Positions 14,952-24,484 of a DNA stretch of 33,490 bases are shown in pieces; position 1 is the stretch's first letter; every line of letters begins with the position of its first letter. Made by a program: the position numbers and the translations under genes. The notes beneath the pieces are model-generated. The model did no database searches and was not told the origin of the DNA. It was given only the letters and a program-made list of their open reading frames with translations. The stretch comes from Elusimicrobiota bacterium (GTDB lineage: Bacteria; Elusimicrobiota; Elusimicrobia; UBA1565; UBA9628), in the NCBI GenBank assembly GCA_028869495.1, contig JAGWRY010000432.1:1-33490 (forward strand), written 5' to 3'.

Positions 14952-16144
14952 TTGACCACCTCGCATTCGAGCTCGCCCTCGGCGAGCCGCACGTTCAGGA
15001 TGTCGCCGTTGCGCGCCTGCGCCGCCTTCGTCAGGACCCGCCCGCGCAGGGTCGCGATCGCGTAGCCGCGGCCGAGGACCTTCAGCGGGCTGATCGCGTC
15101 CAGGCGCCCGGCCGAGACCCGGAGCCGGAGCTCCAGCCTCTCGAGCGCGCCGCGCAGGGCCGCGGGCAGGCGCGCGGACAGCTCGTCGACGCGCTGGGCG
15201 CGCTGCTCCCACAGGCGGCGCGGGTCCTGCAGGAGCGGATGTCGCGCCGCGTAGGACAGGCGCCGGCCGAGCGTCTCGATCAGCGCGCGCAGGTCCGCGC
15301 TCATCGCCGCGGAGAGCTCGGCGACGCGCGCCTGGACCGCGCCTTTCTCCGGGACGGCCAGCTCGGCGGCGGCCGACGGGGTCGGCGCGCGCACGTCGGC
15401 GACCAGGTCGGCGATCGTCCAGTCGGTCTCGTGGCCGACGCAGGAGATCGTCGGGATCGGCGACTCGGCCAGCGCCCGGGCGACCGGCTCCTCGTTGAAG
15501 GCCCACAGGTCCTCGATCGAGCCGCCGCCGCGGCCGACGAGCAGGACGTCGGTGTCGGGCGCGAGCGCCCCGAAAGCCCGCACCGCGGCCGCGATCTCCT
15601 CGGCGGCGCCCTCGCCCTGCACGCGCACGGGCCAGACGCGGATCTCGAGGCCGGGCCAGCGGCGCTCGAGCACGTGCAGGATGTCGCGCACGGCCGCGCC
15701 GGCGCCGGAGGTGACGACCCCGATGCGGCGCGGGAATTCCGGCAGGGGGCGCTTGCGCGACTCGTCGAGGAGCCCCTCGGCCGCGAGTCTCGCCTTCAAC
15801 TGCTCCAGAGCGAGCTGGAGCGCGCCCTTCTCCAGCGGCTCGGCCGCCGAGATCACGAGCTGGAGCTCGCCGCGCGGTTCGTAGGTCGTCGCGCGCGCGC
15901 GGACCAGCACCTTCAGACCGTCCTGGAACCGGAACCTGACGCGCGCGGCCGCGCCCTTGAAGAGGACCGCGCGGACCTGCGACTTCTCGTCCTTGAGCGA
16001 CAGGTAGGTGTGCCCGGACGGGTACGGGCGGCAGTTCGAGATCTCGCCCTCGACCCAGAGCTCGGAGAACGACGCCTCGAGGAGCTCGTGGATCCGCGCG
16101 TTGAGCTCGGAGACCGTCAGCGCGCGGCGCTCGGGCGCGTCCAC
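14948..16144 (-). CDS. xseA: Exodeoxyribonuclease VII large subunit
   Basis: 398-aa ORF with a GTG start. It has an OB-fold N-terminus (LTVSELNARIHELLEASFSELWVEGEISN...GHTYLSLKD) and the catalytic core IGVVTSGAGAAVRDIL ... VGRGGGSIEDLWAFNEE ... GHETDWTIADLVADVRAPTPSAAAE. Confidence 0.9.
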   Translation of the reverse strand: MDAPERRALTVSELNARIHELLEASFSELWVEGEISNCRPYPSGHTYLSLKDEKSQVRAVLFKGAAARVRFRFQDGLKVLVRARATTYEPRGELQLVISAAEPLEKGALQLALEQLKARLAAEGLLDESRKRPLPEFPRRIGVVTSGAGAAVRDILHVLERRWPGLEIRVWPVRVQGEGAAEEIAAAVRAFGALAPDTDVLLVGRGGGSIEDLWAFNEEPVARALAESPIPTISCVGHETDWTIADLVADVRAPTPSAAAELAVPEKGAVQARVAELSAAMSADLRALIETLGRRLSYAARHPLLQDPRRLWEQRAQRVDELSARLPAALRGALERLELRLRVSAGRLDAISPLKVLGRGYAIATLRGRVLTKAAQARNGDILNVRLAEGELECEVVK

Positions 16145-16148
16145 GCCG

Positions 16149-16436
16149 CTACTCCGCCCGCGGCCTGAGCGCGTAGGCGAGGACGCCGGCGGCCAGGAAC
16201 CAGCCGAACAGGTGCCGCGGCAGGCGGGACAGGGCCCCGGCGCGCGGCCCGCCGAACCAGGCGATCAGCGCCGCCGTCAGGACCGCGCCGACCTTCTCGA
16301 CGGCCGAGCGCGCGCCGAGCTGGCGCACGAGGATCGCCGCGGCGATGCCCGCCGCGACGCAGGCCGGCCCGCTGTGCCAGCCCGGCACGAGATAGAGGAC
16401 GACGCCCGCGAGAAAGCCCGCCGCGACGGTGCGCAT
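16149..16436 (-). CDS. Small membrane protein, hypothetical
   Basis: 95-aa ORF with three hydrophobic segments. It ends 4 nt before the xseA start and is preceded by a TGGTATCAT box. Confidence 0.5.
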   Translation of the reverse strand: MRTVAAGFLAGVVLYLVPGWHSGPACVAAGIAAAILVRQLGARSAVEKVGAVLTAALIAWFGGPRAGALSRLPRHLFGWFLAAGVLAYALRPRAE

Positions 16437-16442
16437 CGGCCG

Positions 16443-16451
16443 ATGATACCA
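16443..16451 (-). promoter_or_regulatory. Extended -10-like box TGGTATCAT, 6 nt upstream of the ATG at 16436
   Basis: The minus strand reads TTTTGGTATCATCGGCCGATG in a 30-nt intergenic gap. The ATG is part of the 12-nt palindrome CATCGGCCGATG (16434-16445). Confidence 0.35.
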
Positions 16452-16466
16452 AAACGCCCGGCGCCG

Positions 16467-17960
16467 TCAGCGCAGTTCGAACGCGTAGCCGCCGGCGTCC
16501 TGACGCAGAATCCTGAACGCGGGGTCGCGGGCGATCGCGGCGCGGAAGACGACGTCCTTCGAGTCGCAGATCCCGAAGCGGGAATGGAAGACGCCGCGGA
16601 AGACGGCGCGCAGGGCCTTCGGGGACAGGCGGCCCGAGACGGCGGCCTGCCAGGCCGTCCACACCCCGGGGTCGGTGTCGTACAGGAAGGTCGGGTCCAT
16701 CATCGCCAGATAGCGGCGGCGGTCGTCGTGGAAGAAGAGCTCGGGCGTCTCGTCCCAGCGGCAGGCGAAGACGGTCGCGCCGTCGGGCGCCTTCGCGGCG
16801 ACGGCGCGCGAGAGGGCCGCCAGGCGCGGGGGCGGGACCTTCTCCAGCATCAGCGCGAGGTTGCCGAATTGGAAGGCGGCGCCTGCGGCCAGCAGGGCCA
16901 GCCAGACGGCCGCGGCTTTCTCGGGCCTCGCGCCCAGCGCGCGGGCGAGGTCCCGCCAGGAGCGTCCGGCCAGCAGGTCGTCGTAGGCGTAGGCGCAGAG
17001 GAGCGTGCCGACGGGGACCGCGTACTCCATGAAGCGCCGCGCGAGCACGGCGAGGACGGCGACGATCAGGAAGGCCGGGATCAGCGTCCGCGTGCGCTCC
17101 GAGAGGCGCGCCGGACGGCGGCGCAGGAACCAGACGAGGGCGGCCAGGTGGACGACGACGAGCAGGTGCGCGGCCAGCAGCGGCCCGGGCGGCAGGGGCG
17201 TCAGCTCGGAGGCCGGCGGCAGGACCGCCGAGCGCGTCAGCGCCTGCTCCATCACGCGGAAGACCTGCACCCAGAACAGACGCAGGTCCTTCGGGAAATA
17301 CGGGTGGACGACGAAGCCGGCCGCGCAGGCGGCCAGGCCCCAGCCCAGAAGGCCGCCCTCGGCGCGGCGCTCGAAGAGCCGCAGGCGCGCCCAGCGCGCG
17401 GCCGCGGCCAGCTGAGGCAGGAAGGGCGCCGCGTAGGCCAGCGGATAGGCGAGGCTCAAGCAAGCGAACGCCTTGCGTCGGCCGTTGGCCAGCGCCCAGA
17501 GGCTCCAGAGCAGGAAGGCGACCGACAGCAGCTCCGGCCGCGGCAGGAGCATGCGCCACCAGTAGCCCCAGCCGCCGAGCAGGAGGACGGCGAACCAGTA
17601 CCAGCGCGCGCGCACGCGGTCGAGGGCCAGGATCGCGAGCAGGCTCGACGTCGCGAAGGCCGAGAGCAGGACCGTCGCCGCTTTCGCGCCGAGGACGAGA
17701 CTCCCGAACGTGAACGGGATCAGCAGGAGGTGGAACAGCGGGCTCGTGTCGCTGAAATCCCTCTTCCAGAGGCCGAAGGCGAGCCAGGGGAAGCCGTTCC
17801 TCGGGAGGCCGCGCTCGCGGAGCTCCTGGGCGAAGCGGATGTGGAAGTAGCCGTCCACGCCGGGCAGGCCCGGCGCGCGCGAAAGCAGGAGCGCGGCCGG
17901 CGCGGCGCAGAGCAGGAACGCGGCGGGCCACTCGAGACGGAGCCGGGGCTCGGTCCTCAC
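16467..17960 (-). CDS. Polytopic membrane protein with a C-terminal soluble domain (possible GT-C-type glycosyltransferase); hypothetical
   Basis: Only the C-terminal ~498 aa of the 643-aa track ORF look protein-like. The candidate GTG at 17960 lies 15 nt after the carbonic-anhydrase stop. The protein has about 11 hydrophobic helices, then a ~130-aa hydrophilic domain (ATVFACRWDETPELFFHDDRRRYLAMMDPTFLY...). Confidence 0.65.
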   Translation of the reverse strand: MRTEPRLRLEWPAAFLLCAAPAALLLSRAPGLPGVDGYFHIRFAQELRERGLPRNGFPWLAFGLWKRDFSDTSPLFHLLLIPFTFGSLVLGAKAATVLLSAFATSSLLAILALDRVRARWYWFAVLLLGGWGYWWRMLLPRPELLSVAFLLWSLWALANGRRKAFACLSLAYPLAYAAPFLPQLAAAARWARLRLFERRAEGGLLGWGLAACAAGFVVHPYFPKDLRLFWVQVFRVMEQALTRSAVLPPASELTPLPPGPLLAAHLLVVVHLAALVWFLRRRPARLSERTRTLIPAFLIVAVLAVLARRFMEYAVPVGTLLCAYAYDDLLAGRSWRDLARALGARPEKAAAVWLALLAAGAAFQFGNLALMLEKVPPPRLAALSRAVAAKAPDGATVFACRWDETPELFFHDDRRRYLAMMDPTFLYDTDPGVWTAWQAAVSGRLSPKALRAVFRGVFHSRFGICDSKDVVFRAAIARDPAFRILRQDAGGYAFELR

Positions 17961-17974
17961 GCGGCGCCGAGGCT

Positions 17975-18604
17975 CTAGCGGCCTTCGAGGCGGGCCAGGA
18001 TGCGCCCGCCTTCGGCCTCGTCCACGACGGCCCAGTTCCCGGCCTCCGGCTCGCGGTAGAGGACGTCGACGCGCCGGATGTCGAACCAGAGGCCGTGCAG
18101 GCCGAGGGAGCGCTCTTCGATCGCGCGCGCGACCGACGGGTAGCCCTTCAGGCGCTCGAGCTGGAGGAGGACGTTCCGCCGCGAGTCCTCGTCGGCGTCC
18201 GCGGCGGGGGCTTCCGTCCCGCCGGCCAGCGCGAGCCAGTCGCGCACCGGGCCCGCGGGCAGGCTCGACAGCCCCTGCCGGCGCGCGCGCATCGCGCCGC
18301 AGTCGCTGTGGCCGCAGATCACGACGTCGCGGACCTTCAGGATCTCGAGCGCGTACTCGATCGCGGCGGCCGCGGCGGTCCCGCCCGGATCTCCCCACGG
18401 CGGGATCATATTGCCGACGTTGCGCAGGACGAAGAGGTCGCCCGGGTCGGCCGAGGCGAAGACGTTGACCGCGACGCGGCTGTCCGAGCAGGCGATGAAC
18501 AGGGCGTCCGGCTGCTGGCCGAGGGCGAGCTTGGCGAAGGTCCCCGCGTAGCCCTCGCGCCGGGCGCGGCGAAAGTCGACGATCCCTTGGATCAGCTTTT
18601 TCAT
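17975..18604 (-). CDS. Beta-class carbonic anhydrase
   Basis: Trimmed to the ATG at 18604 (MKKLIQGIVDF), which forms an ATGA overlap with the rarA stop. Zinc-ligand motifs CSDSRV and GHSDCGAM are present. Confidence 0.85.
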   Translation of the reverse strand: MKKLIQGIVDFRRARREGYAGTFAKLALGQQPDALFIACSDSRVAVNVFASADPGDLFVLRNVGNMIPPWGDPGGTAAAAAIEYALEILKVRDVVICGHSDCGAMRARRQGLSSLPAGPVRDWLALAGGTEAPAADADEDSRRNVLLQLERLKGYPSVARAIEERSLGLHGLWFDIRRVDVLYREPEAGNWAVVDEAEGGRILARLEGR

Positions 18605-19893
18605 GGTCGGAGGGTCCTCAGCCGCTCGGCCAGGCGCTTCTCGTCGCCCTGGTCGGTCGGCTCGTAGAATCTCTTCGGCTGAGGCATGTACTCCTGCCTC
18701 ACCCAATGGCCGGGGAAGTCGTGCGCGTACTTGTAGCCCTTGCCGTGGCCGCGCTCCTCGGCGTCCATGCTGGCGTCGCGCAGGTGGAGCGGCACCTCGC
18801 GCGCCGGTCCGGTCCGGACCTCGCCCAGCGCGGCGTCGACGGCGAGATACGCGGCGTTCGACTTCGGCGCGCAGGCGACGTAGAGCGCGGCCTGCGAGAG
18901 CGGGATGCGGGCCTCGGGCATGCCCAGGACCTCGGCGGCGCGGAAGGCGGCCTCGGCGATCAGCAGAGCGCGGAAGTCGGCGTTGCCGACGTCCTCGGCG
19001 GCGCAGATCAGGATGCGGCGCGCGATGAAGCGCGGGTCCTCGCCGGCCTCCAGCATCTTGGCCATCCAGTAGACGGCCGCGTCGGGGTCCGAGCCGCGCA
19101 TCGACTTGATGAACGCGGAGATGTGGTCGTAGTGGTCGTCGGAGCGCTTGTCGTACCTGATCTGGCGCTTCTGGATGGACTCCTCGGCCACGTCGAGCGT
19201 GACCCGCCGTTCTCCGTTCGTGTCGGGAGCCGTGGTGAGCGCCGCGATCTCGAGCGCGTTGAGCAGGCGCCGCGCGTCGCCCCCGGCCTGGCGTACGAGA
19301 TGGGCCTTGGCCTCGGGCGTCAGCACGACCTTGAGCGAGGCGACGCCGCGATCGGCGTCGGCGACGGCGCGGTCGAGGAGCTTGGCGAGCTCCTCCTCGG
19401 GGATCGGCGCGAACTCGAAGGCGGTCACGCGCGAGCGCAGGGCGGCGTTGACGTAGAAGCCGGGGTTCTCGGTCGTCATGCCGATCAGCAGGACGTCCCC
19501 GCGCTCGACGGAGGGCAGGAGCGCGTCCTGCTGGGAGCGGTTGAAGTGATGGATCTCGTCCACGAGCAGGAGGGTCCGTCTCCCGAGGCTCGCGGACGAA
19601 TACTTGGCCTGCTCGACGGCCTTTCGTATATCGGCCACCCCGGCCGTCACCGCGTTCAGCTCGACGACGTCGGCCCCCGCGCGCCCCGCGATGTGCCGCG
19701 CGAGCGCCGTCTTGCCGCAGCCGGGCGGCCCGAAGAAGAGCGCGGAGGCGAAGCGGCCGCTCTCGACGAGGCGGCGCAGGAGCTTGCCGGGGCCGAGCAG
19801 GGCGCGCTGGCCGACGAACTCGTCGAGCTCCCGCGGGGCCAGCCGCGCCGCGAGCGGGCGGGCCTCGCCGCCGGCGCTGAACAGCTCGCTCAC
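18601..19893 (-). CDS. rarA: Replication-associated recombination protein A (AAA+ ATPase RarA/MgsA)
   Basis: 430-aa ORF with a GTG start (GTGA overlap with the zapA stop). It has Walker A (GPPGCGKTALA), Walker B (LLVDEIHHFN) and the C-terminal MgsA motifs HYDHISAFIKSMRGSDPDAAVYW and PLHLRDA. Confidence 0.9.
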   Translation of the reverse strand: MSELFSAGGEARPLAARLAPRELDEFVGQRALLGPGKLLRRLVESGRFASALFFGPPGCGKTALARHIAGRAGADVVELNAVTAGVADIRKAVEQAKYSSASLGRRTLLLVDEIHHFNRSQQDALLPSVERGDVLLIGMTTENPGFYVNAALRSRVTAFEFAPIPEEELAKLLDRAVADADRGVASLKVVLTPEAKAHLVRQAGGDARRLLNALEIAALTTAPDTNGERRVTLDVAEESIQKRQIRYDKRSDDHYDHISAFIKSMRGSDPDAAVYWMAKMLEAGEDPRFIARRILICAAEDVGNADFRALLIAEAAFRAAEVLGMPEARIPLSQAALYVACAPKSNAAYLAVDAALGEVRTGPAREVPLHLRDASMDAEERGHGKGYKYAHDFPGHWVRQEYMPQPKRFYEPTDQGDEKRLAERLRTLRP

Positions 19894-20201
19894 GTCCCTC
19901 CGGCGGGCTTGCCGGCGTCGAGCGAGTCGCGCAGGGACTGGGAGAGCTGTTCGGCCTTGTTCTCGAGCAGGCGCCGCGTCATGTCGTGCGCGGAGCGCTC
20001 CTTGTCGTAGTCGGCCGCGAACGAGAGCGCGACCAGGAGCGCGATCTTCGAGGTGTCGGCGACCGTCTTGTTCTGGGCCTGGAGGTCGGTCATGCGCTCG
20101 GAGACCTGCTGGGCGAGCGCGTTGATCTCGATGGGGGTCAGTCCCTCCATCTCGACGACGAGGCGGCGCGTGCCGATCTGGACTTCGACTCTCTCGTTCA
20201 C
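19890..20201 (-). CDS. zapA: Cell division protein ZapA
   Basis: 103-aa ORF with a GTG start (GTGA overlap). VEVQIGTRRLVVEMEGLTPIEINALAQQVSERM ... IALLVALSFAADY is ZapA-like, and the position after pheT is common. Confidence 0.75.
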   Translation of the reverse strand: MNERVEVQIGTRRLVVEMEGLTPIEINALAQQVSERMTDLQAQNKTVADTSKIALLVALSFAADYDKERSAHDMTRRLLENKAEQLSQSLRDSLDAGKPAGGT

Positions 20202-20434
20202 GAGATCTTCTCCAGCTTCTCGGAGAGCTTGGCCAGGCGCGCGCGCAGGCGCTCGTGGCGCGCGAGGGTCAGCTTCGCCTCGCGCAGCTCCTCTTTCAGC
20301 CTCTTGTGCTCGGTCTCCAGACGCGACAGCTTGTCCTTGAGACCGCTGTTCTCGGCGGCCAGCCGGCCCAGCGACTCGGAGGCCTGCTTGACCAGGCCCT
20401 CGAGCTGCTTGAGGCTCTGGATGGGCCCGAGCAC
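20198..20434 (-). CDS. Short coiled-coil protein, ZapB-like
   Basis: 78-aa ORF with a GTG start preceded by GAGGAG. It is heptad-rich (LKDKLSRLETEHKRLKEELREAKLTLARHERLRARLAKLSEKLEKI) and lies directly upstream of zapA. Confidence 0.5.
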   Translation of the reverse strand: MLGPIQSLKQLEGLVKQASESLGRLAAENSGLKDKLSRLETEHKRLKEELREAKLTLARHERLRARLAKLSEKLEKIS

Positions 20435-20435
20435 G

Positions 20436-22841
20436 TCAGCTCCTCAGGACGGCGCCGAGCTTCTCGGACAAGGCCTTCACGACGGCGTCCGTGAAGCCGG
20501 CGATCTCGGCGTCGGTCAGCGTGCGGTCGTCGCGGCCGAAGGTCAGGCGCACGGCGAAGCTCTTCTTGCCGTCCGGAATCCCCTTGCCCTCGTAGACGTC
20601 GAAGAGGAGCGCGTCCTGGAGCTCGGCGATCGCGCAGGCGCGCAGCGCTTCCTCCAGGCGCCCGTACGGGAGCGATCTGTCGACGACCAGCGCGAGGTCG
20701 CGGCGCGAGACGGGGAACGGCGAGAACGGGGCGTACTTCGCCGTCGGCGCCGGCTTGGCGGCCAGGCGCTCGAGGTTCAGCTCGAAGAGCACGGCGCCCT
20801 CGCCGTCGAGGTCGAAGGCGCGCGCGGCGCGCGGGTGCAGCCAGCCGACGCTGGCGATCGCCTCGCCGGCGACGAAGGCGCGCAGGGCGTTGGCCGGGTG
20901 GAAGAGAGGGTCGCAGACCCAGCGCCCGGCGTTCCCGGTCCCGGGCCTCTCCCAGGAGACCGGCCCGGCGCCGCCCAGCAGGGCCTCGACGGCGGCCTTC
21001 GCGTCGGCGAAGCCCGCGCGCGGCGCGCGCGCGGCCTGCCAGCGGACGTCGAGGACGGGGCCCAGCAGGAGGCCGGCGGCGCGCCACTGCTCGACGACCG
21101 CGCCGCCCTTGAGGGAATACGCCTTGCCCAGTTCGAAGAGGCGCACGGCGTCGGCGCCGCGGCTGAGGTTGTGCTGGGCGTTCTTGAGCAGGCCCGGCAG
21201 GAGCGACGGGCGCAGGAGCGCCCAGTCCTCCGAGAGCGGGTTGGCGACGCGGGGCAGGCCGTCGGCGGACAGGCGCGCCGCGGTCAGCGCCTTTTCGGGG
21301 AGCAGGTCGTAGTTGTAGGCCTCGCAGAAGCCCAGGGCCGCCAGGCGCGTCCGGACGCGGCGCGCGGCCGTCTCGACCGGCGTCGTCGTCGCGGCCTGCG
21401 GCGCCAGCGGAGCCAGCCGGTACGGGACGCGGTCGTAGCCGAGGAAGCGCCCGACCTCCTCGGCGAGGTCGTTGGCGGTCGCGAGGTCATGTCGCCAGCT
21501 CGGCGCGGTGAAAGTGAATTCCGAGGCGCCGCCGGAGAGCTCCGCCGCGATCCGCTTGAGAGTCGCGAGAATCTCGTCGGCGTGGAAGTCCGCGCCAAGG
21601 ATCGCAGCGATCCGGGATGTGGAGGTCTTGATCCGTCTGGTCGTCGGGGCGGGAAGGACGGCGGGTTCGGCTTTGAGAGGCCCGGCCTTCCCGCCGGCCA
21701 GCTCCAGGATCAGGGCGGCGGCGCGCTCGGCGGCCCAGCGCGCGGCCTCGGGGTCGGCGCCGCGCTCGAAGCGGTAGGAGGAGTCGGAGCGCAGGCGGGT
21801 CTTCTGCGAGGACGCGCGGATCTCGGACGGGGCGAAATAGGCGCCCTCGAGGACCAGGCGGGTCGTCTTCTCGGTGACGGAGGACTCTTCTCCGCCCATG
21901 ACGCCCGCGAGGGCGACGGGGCGCTCGGCGTCGGCGATGACGAGGAGGCCTTCGGGAAGGGCGTACGACTTGTGGTCCAAGGCCAGGAAGGTCTCGCCGG
22001 CTTTGGAGCGCCGCACGAGGATCCGCCCGCCGGCGAGACGATCGGCGTCGAACGCGTGCAGGGGCTGGCCGACGTCGTGCAGGACGAAATTGGTGACGTC
22101 GACGACGTTGTTGACGGGGCGAAGACCGATGGATTCCAGGCGGCCCTTCAGCCATTCGGGGCTCTCGCCGACTTTGACGCCTTCGATGAGGCGTCCGCCG
22201 TAGAACGGGCAGGCCTGCGCGTCCTCGACCGAGACCGGAAGGGCCTTCGACAGGGCCTCGTCGACGCCGGAGGCCAGGGGCTTGAGCGTCCGGCCCAGCG
22301 CGGCGGCCAGCTCGCGCGCGAGGCCGCGGTGGGACAGGCAGTCCGGGCGGTTCGAGGTCGCCTCGACCTCGAGGACGTCGTCGGCGGGGCCGAGGAGCGC
22401 GCCGACGTCGGCGCCGAGCGCCGGGCCCTCGCCCATCACCCAGATGCCGTCGACGTCCTTCGAGAGGCCCAGCTCCTCGCGCGAGCAGATCATGCCCTGG
22501 CTCTCGACGCCGCGCAGCTTGGCCTTCTTGATCTTGAACTCGCCGGGCAGGACCGCGCCGATGCGGGCGAAAGCGACGGTCTGTCCGGCGGCGACGTTCG
22601 GGGCGCCGCAGACGACGCTCCACTTGGCCGCGCCGTCGTCGACGGTGCAGACGGAGAGCTTGTCGGCGTTCGGGTGCTTGTCCTTGGCCAGCACCCGGCC
22701 GACGACGACGCCGGAGAACTGCGGTCCGCGGCGCTCGACGCCGGCGACCTCGAAGCCGAGCTTGAGGAGCAGGGCCGAGAGGTCCTCGGTCGAGAGGCCG
22801 TGCTCCAGATGGTCCTTCAGCCAGCTAGACGAGATCTTCAT
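20436..22841 (-). CDS. pheT: Phenylalanine--tRNA ligase beta subunit
   Basis: 801-aa ORF. The N-terminus MKISSSWLKDHL and the tRNA-binding domain VVGRVLAKDKHPNADKLSVCTVDDG are present, along with B3/4, B5 and FDX-ACB regions. It overlaps pheS by 17 nt. Confidence 0.95.
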   Translation of the reverse strand: MKISSSWLKDHLEHGLSTEDLSALLLKLGFEVAGVERRGPQFSGVVVGRVLAKDKHPNADKLSVCTVDDGAAKWSVVCGAPNVAAGQTVAFARIGAVLPGEFKIKKAKLRGVESQGMICSREELGLSKDVDGIWVMGEGPALGADVGALLGPADDVLEVEATSNRPDCLSHRGLARELAAALGRTLKPLASGVDEALSKALPVSVEDAQACPFYGGRLIEGVKVGESPEWLKGRLESIGLRPVNNVVDVTNFVLHDVGQPLHAFDADRLAGGRILVRRSKAGETFLALDHKSYALPEGLLVIADAERPVALAGVMGGEESSVTEKTTRLVLEGAYFAPSEIRASSQKTRLRSDSSYRFERGADPEAARWAAERAAALILELAGGKAGPLKAEPAVLPAPTTRRIKTSTSRIAAILGADFHADEILATLKRIAAELSGGASEFTFTAPSWRHDLATANDLAEEVGRFLGYDRVPYRLAPLAPQAATTTPVETAARRVRTRLAALGFCEAYNYDLLPEKALTAARLSADGLPRVANPLSEDWALLRPSLLPGLLKNAQHNLSRGADAVRLFELGKAYSLKGGAVVEQWRAAGLLLGPVLDVRWQAARAPRAGFADAKAAVEALLGGAGPVSWERPGTGNAGRWVCDPLFHPANALRAFVAGEAIASVGWLHPRAARAFDLDGEGAVLFELNLERLAAKPAPTAKYAPFSPFPVSRRDLALVVDRSLPYGRLEEALRACAIAELQDALLFDVYEGKGIPDGKKSFAVRLTFGRDDRTLTDAEIAGFTDAVVKALSEKLGAVLRS

Positions 22842-23892
22842 CGAATTGGCGCAGGAATCGGAGGTCGTTCGTGTAGAAGTCGCGCAGGTCGCGCACGCCG
22901 TGGACCAGCATCGCGACGCGCTCGACGCCGATGCCGAAGGCGAAGCCGGACCAGGTCTCCGGGTCCCAGCCGACGTTCCGCAGGACCTTCGGATGGACGA
23001 CGCCCGCGCCGAGAATCTCGATCCAGCCGGTGTGCTTGCAGGCGGGACAGCCGGTGCCCGGGCAGAAGAAGCACTTGACGTCGACCTCGGTCGACGGCTC
23101 GGTGAACGGGAAATAGGACGGGCGGAAGCGGGTCTTCGTGGACGAGCCGAGCAGGCTCTCCAGGAAGGTCTGCAGGTGGCCCTTGAGGTCGGCGAAGCCG
23201 AGGCTCCGGTCGATCACCAGGCCCTCGACCTGATGGAAGACGGCCGAGTGGGTCGCGTCGATCTGCTCGTGGCGGAAGACGCGGCCGGGGCAGACGATGC
23301 GGATCGGGGGCTTGCCCGCCTCCATCGCGCGGATCTGCACGTTCGAGGTGTGGGTGCGCAGGAGGCGCGGCAGGTCCTGCAGGTAGAAGGTGTCCTGGGT
23401 GTCGCGCGCGGGATGGTCGCCGGGCATGTTCAGCGCGTCGAAGTTGTGGAACTCGTCCTCGACCTGCGGGCCCTCGGCCCACGAGTAGCCGAGCCGCCGG
23501 AAGATGTCCGCGATCCGGCCGAGGGTCGTCGTCAGCGGATGCAGGCGCCCGCGCGGCGGACGCAGGGCCGGCAGGGTCAGGTCGATCGCGTCCTTCCGGA
23601 AGGCGTCCGCATCGGCGGCGTCCTCCAGGCGCGACTTGGCGGCGGAGAGCTTCGCCTCGAAGGCGGCCTTCAGGGCGTTGCCCTTGGGACCGCAGGCCTT
23701 GCGGTCGTCGAGCGGGAGGTCTTTCAGGGACTTCAGCAGCTCGGTGAGCTCGCCCTTGCGCCCCAGGAAGCGGACGCGGACCTCCTCGAGCTTCGGGAGG
23801 TCCGCGGTCTTCTCGACGTCCGCCGCCGCCAGGGCCGACTCGACCTTCGCGTACTCCTGTTGCCAGGCGGCGAGGGTCTTCGTCGGCTCCAT
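22825..23892 (-). CDS. pheS: Phenylalanine--tRNA ligase alpha subunit
   Basis: 355-aa ORF with class II aaRS motifs HPARDTQDTFY, RTHTSNVQIR, PGRVFRHE and FAFGIGVERVAML. Confidence 0.95.
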   Translation of the reverse strand: MEPTKTLAAWQQEYAKVESALAAADVEKTADLPKLEEVRVRFLGRKGELTELLKSLKDLPLDDRKACGPKGNALKAAFEAKLSAAKSRLEDAADADAFRKDAIDLTLPALRPPRGRLHPLTTTLGRIADIFRRLGYSWAEGPQVEDEFHNFDALNMPGDHPARDTQDTFYLQDLPRLLRTHTSNVQIRAMEAGKPPIRIVCPGRVFRHEQIDATHSAVFHQVEGLVIDRSLGFADLKGHLQTFLESLLGSSTKTRFRPSYFPFTEPSTEVDVKCFFCPGTGCPACKHTGWIEILGAGVVHPKVLRNVGWDPETWSGFAFGIGVERVAMLVHGVRDLRDFYTNDLRFLRQFDEDLV

Positions 23893-23902
23893 GGCCGGAA
23901 GG

Positions 23903-24250
23903 CTAGGCGCCCTGGGCGATCGAGACGAGCTGCTTGAAGGACGCGCCGTCGCGGGCGGCCAGCTCGGAGAGCATCTTCCGGTTCAGGGTGACGCCCGCCT
24001 TCTTCAGCCCGTTCATGAAGCGGCTGTAGGTGGTGTCGTTCTGTCGGCAGGCGGCGTTGATGCGCTCGATCCACAGGGAGCGGAAGTCGCGCTTCTTCTC
24101 CTTGCGGCCCTTGTAGGCCTCGTTGAGCGACTGCTCGACCTGCTGCTTGACCATCCGCCAGCGCGTGCTCTTGGCGGAATAGTTGCCCTTCGCGAGCTTG
24201 AAGAACTTCTTCTTGTGGTGGCGCGTGGTGACGCCGGACTTGATGCGCAT
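23903..24250 (-). CDS. rplT: 50S ribosomal protein L20
   Basis: 115-aa ORF with an L20 signature (MRIKSGVTTRHHKKKFFKLAKGNYSAKS ... FRSLWIERINAA) and an AAGAGG SD. Confidence 0.95.
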   Translation of the reverse strand: MRIKSGVTTRHHKKKFFKLAKGNYSAKSTRWRMVKQQVEQSLNEAYKGRKEKKRDFRSLWIERINAACRQNDTTYSRFMNGLKKAGVTLNRKMLSELAARDGASFKQLVSIAQGA

Positions 24251-24261
24251 GTCGGGACCTC

Positions 24262-24456
24262 TTAGTAGGGCAGGAACCGACGCATCGTCTTCGTGTCGGT
24301 GCCGTTCAGGTAGTCGGAGCCGCGCAGGAAGCGGCGGCGCTTGCCGCCGAGCGGGGCCATCAGGTGGCGCTGGCCCGGGTGCTCGTGCTTGAGCTTGCCG
24401 GAGCCGGTCTTGCGGAAGCGCTTCTTCGCGCCGGAGTGGTTCTTGAGCTTGGGCAT
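24262..24456 (-). CDS. rpmI: 50S ribosomal protein L35
   Basis: 64-aa ORF (MPKLKNHSGAKKRFRKTGSGKLKHEH) with an AGAGG SD. Confidence 0.95.
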   Translation of the reverse strand: MPKLKNHSGAKKRFRKTGSGKLKHEHPGQRHLMAPLGGKRRRFLRGSDYLNGTDTKTMRRFLPY

Positions 24457-24484
24457 GACAACCTCTACTTTTGTTGTTGCGTCT

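Noticed and set aside
19986-23078. A 1030-aa plus-strand ORF antisense to pheT/pheS. Similar long ORFs occur at 12213-14429 (-), 16008-17978 (+), 16117-17931 (-), 7094-9004 (-) and 7999-9543 (+).
   Set aside because: All are antisense or out of frame relative to genes with unambiguous family signatures (pheT, rimO, add and others), and all have Arg/Gly/Pro/Ala-biased low-complexity translations.
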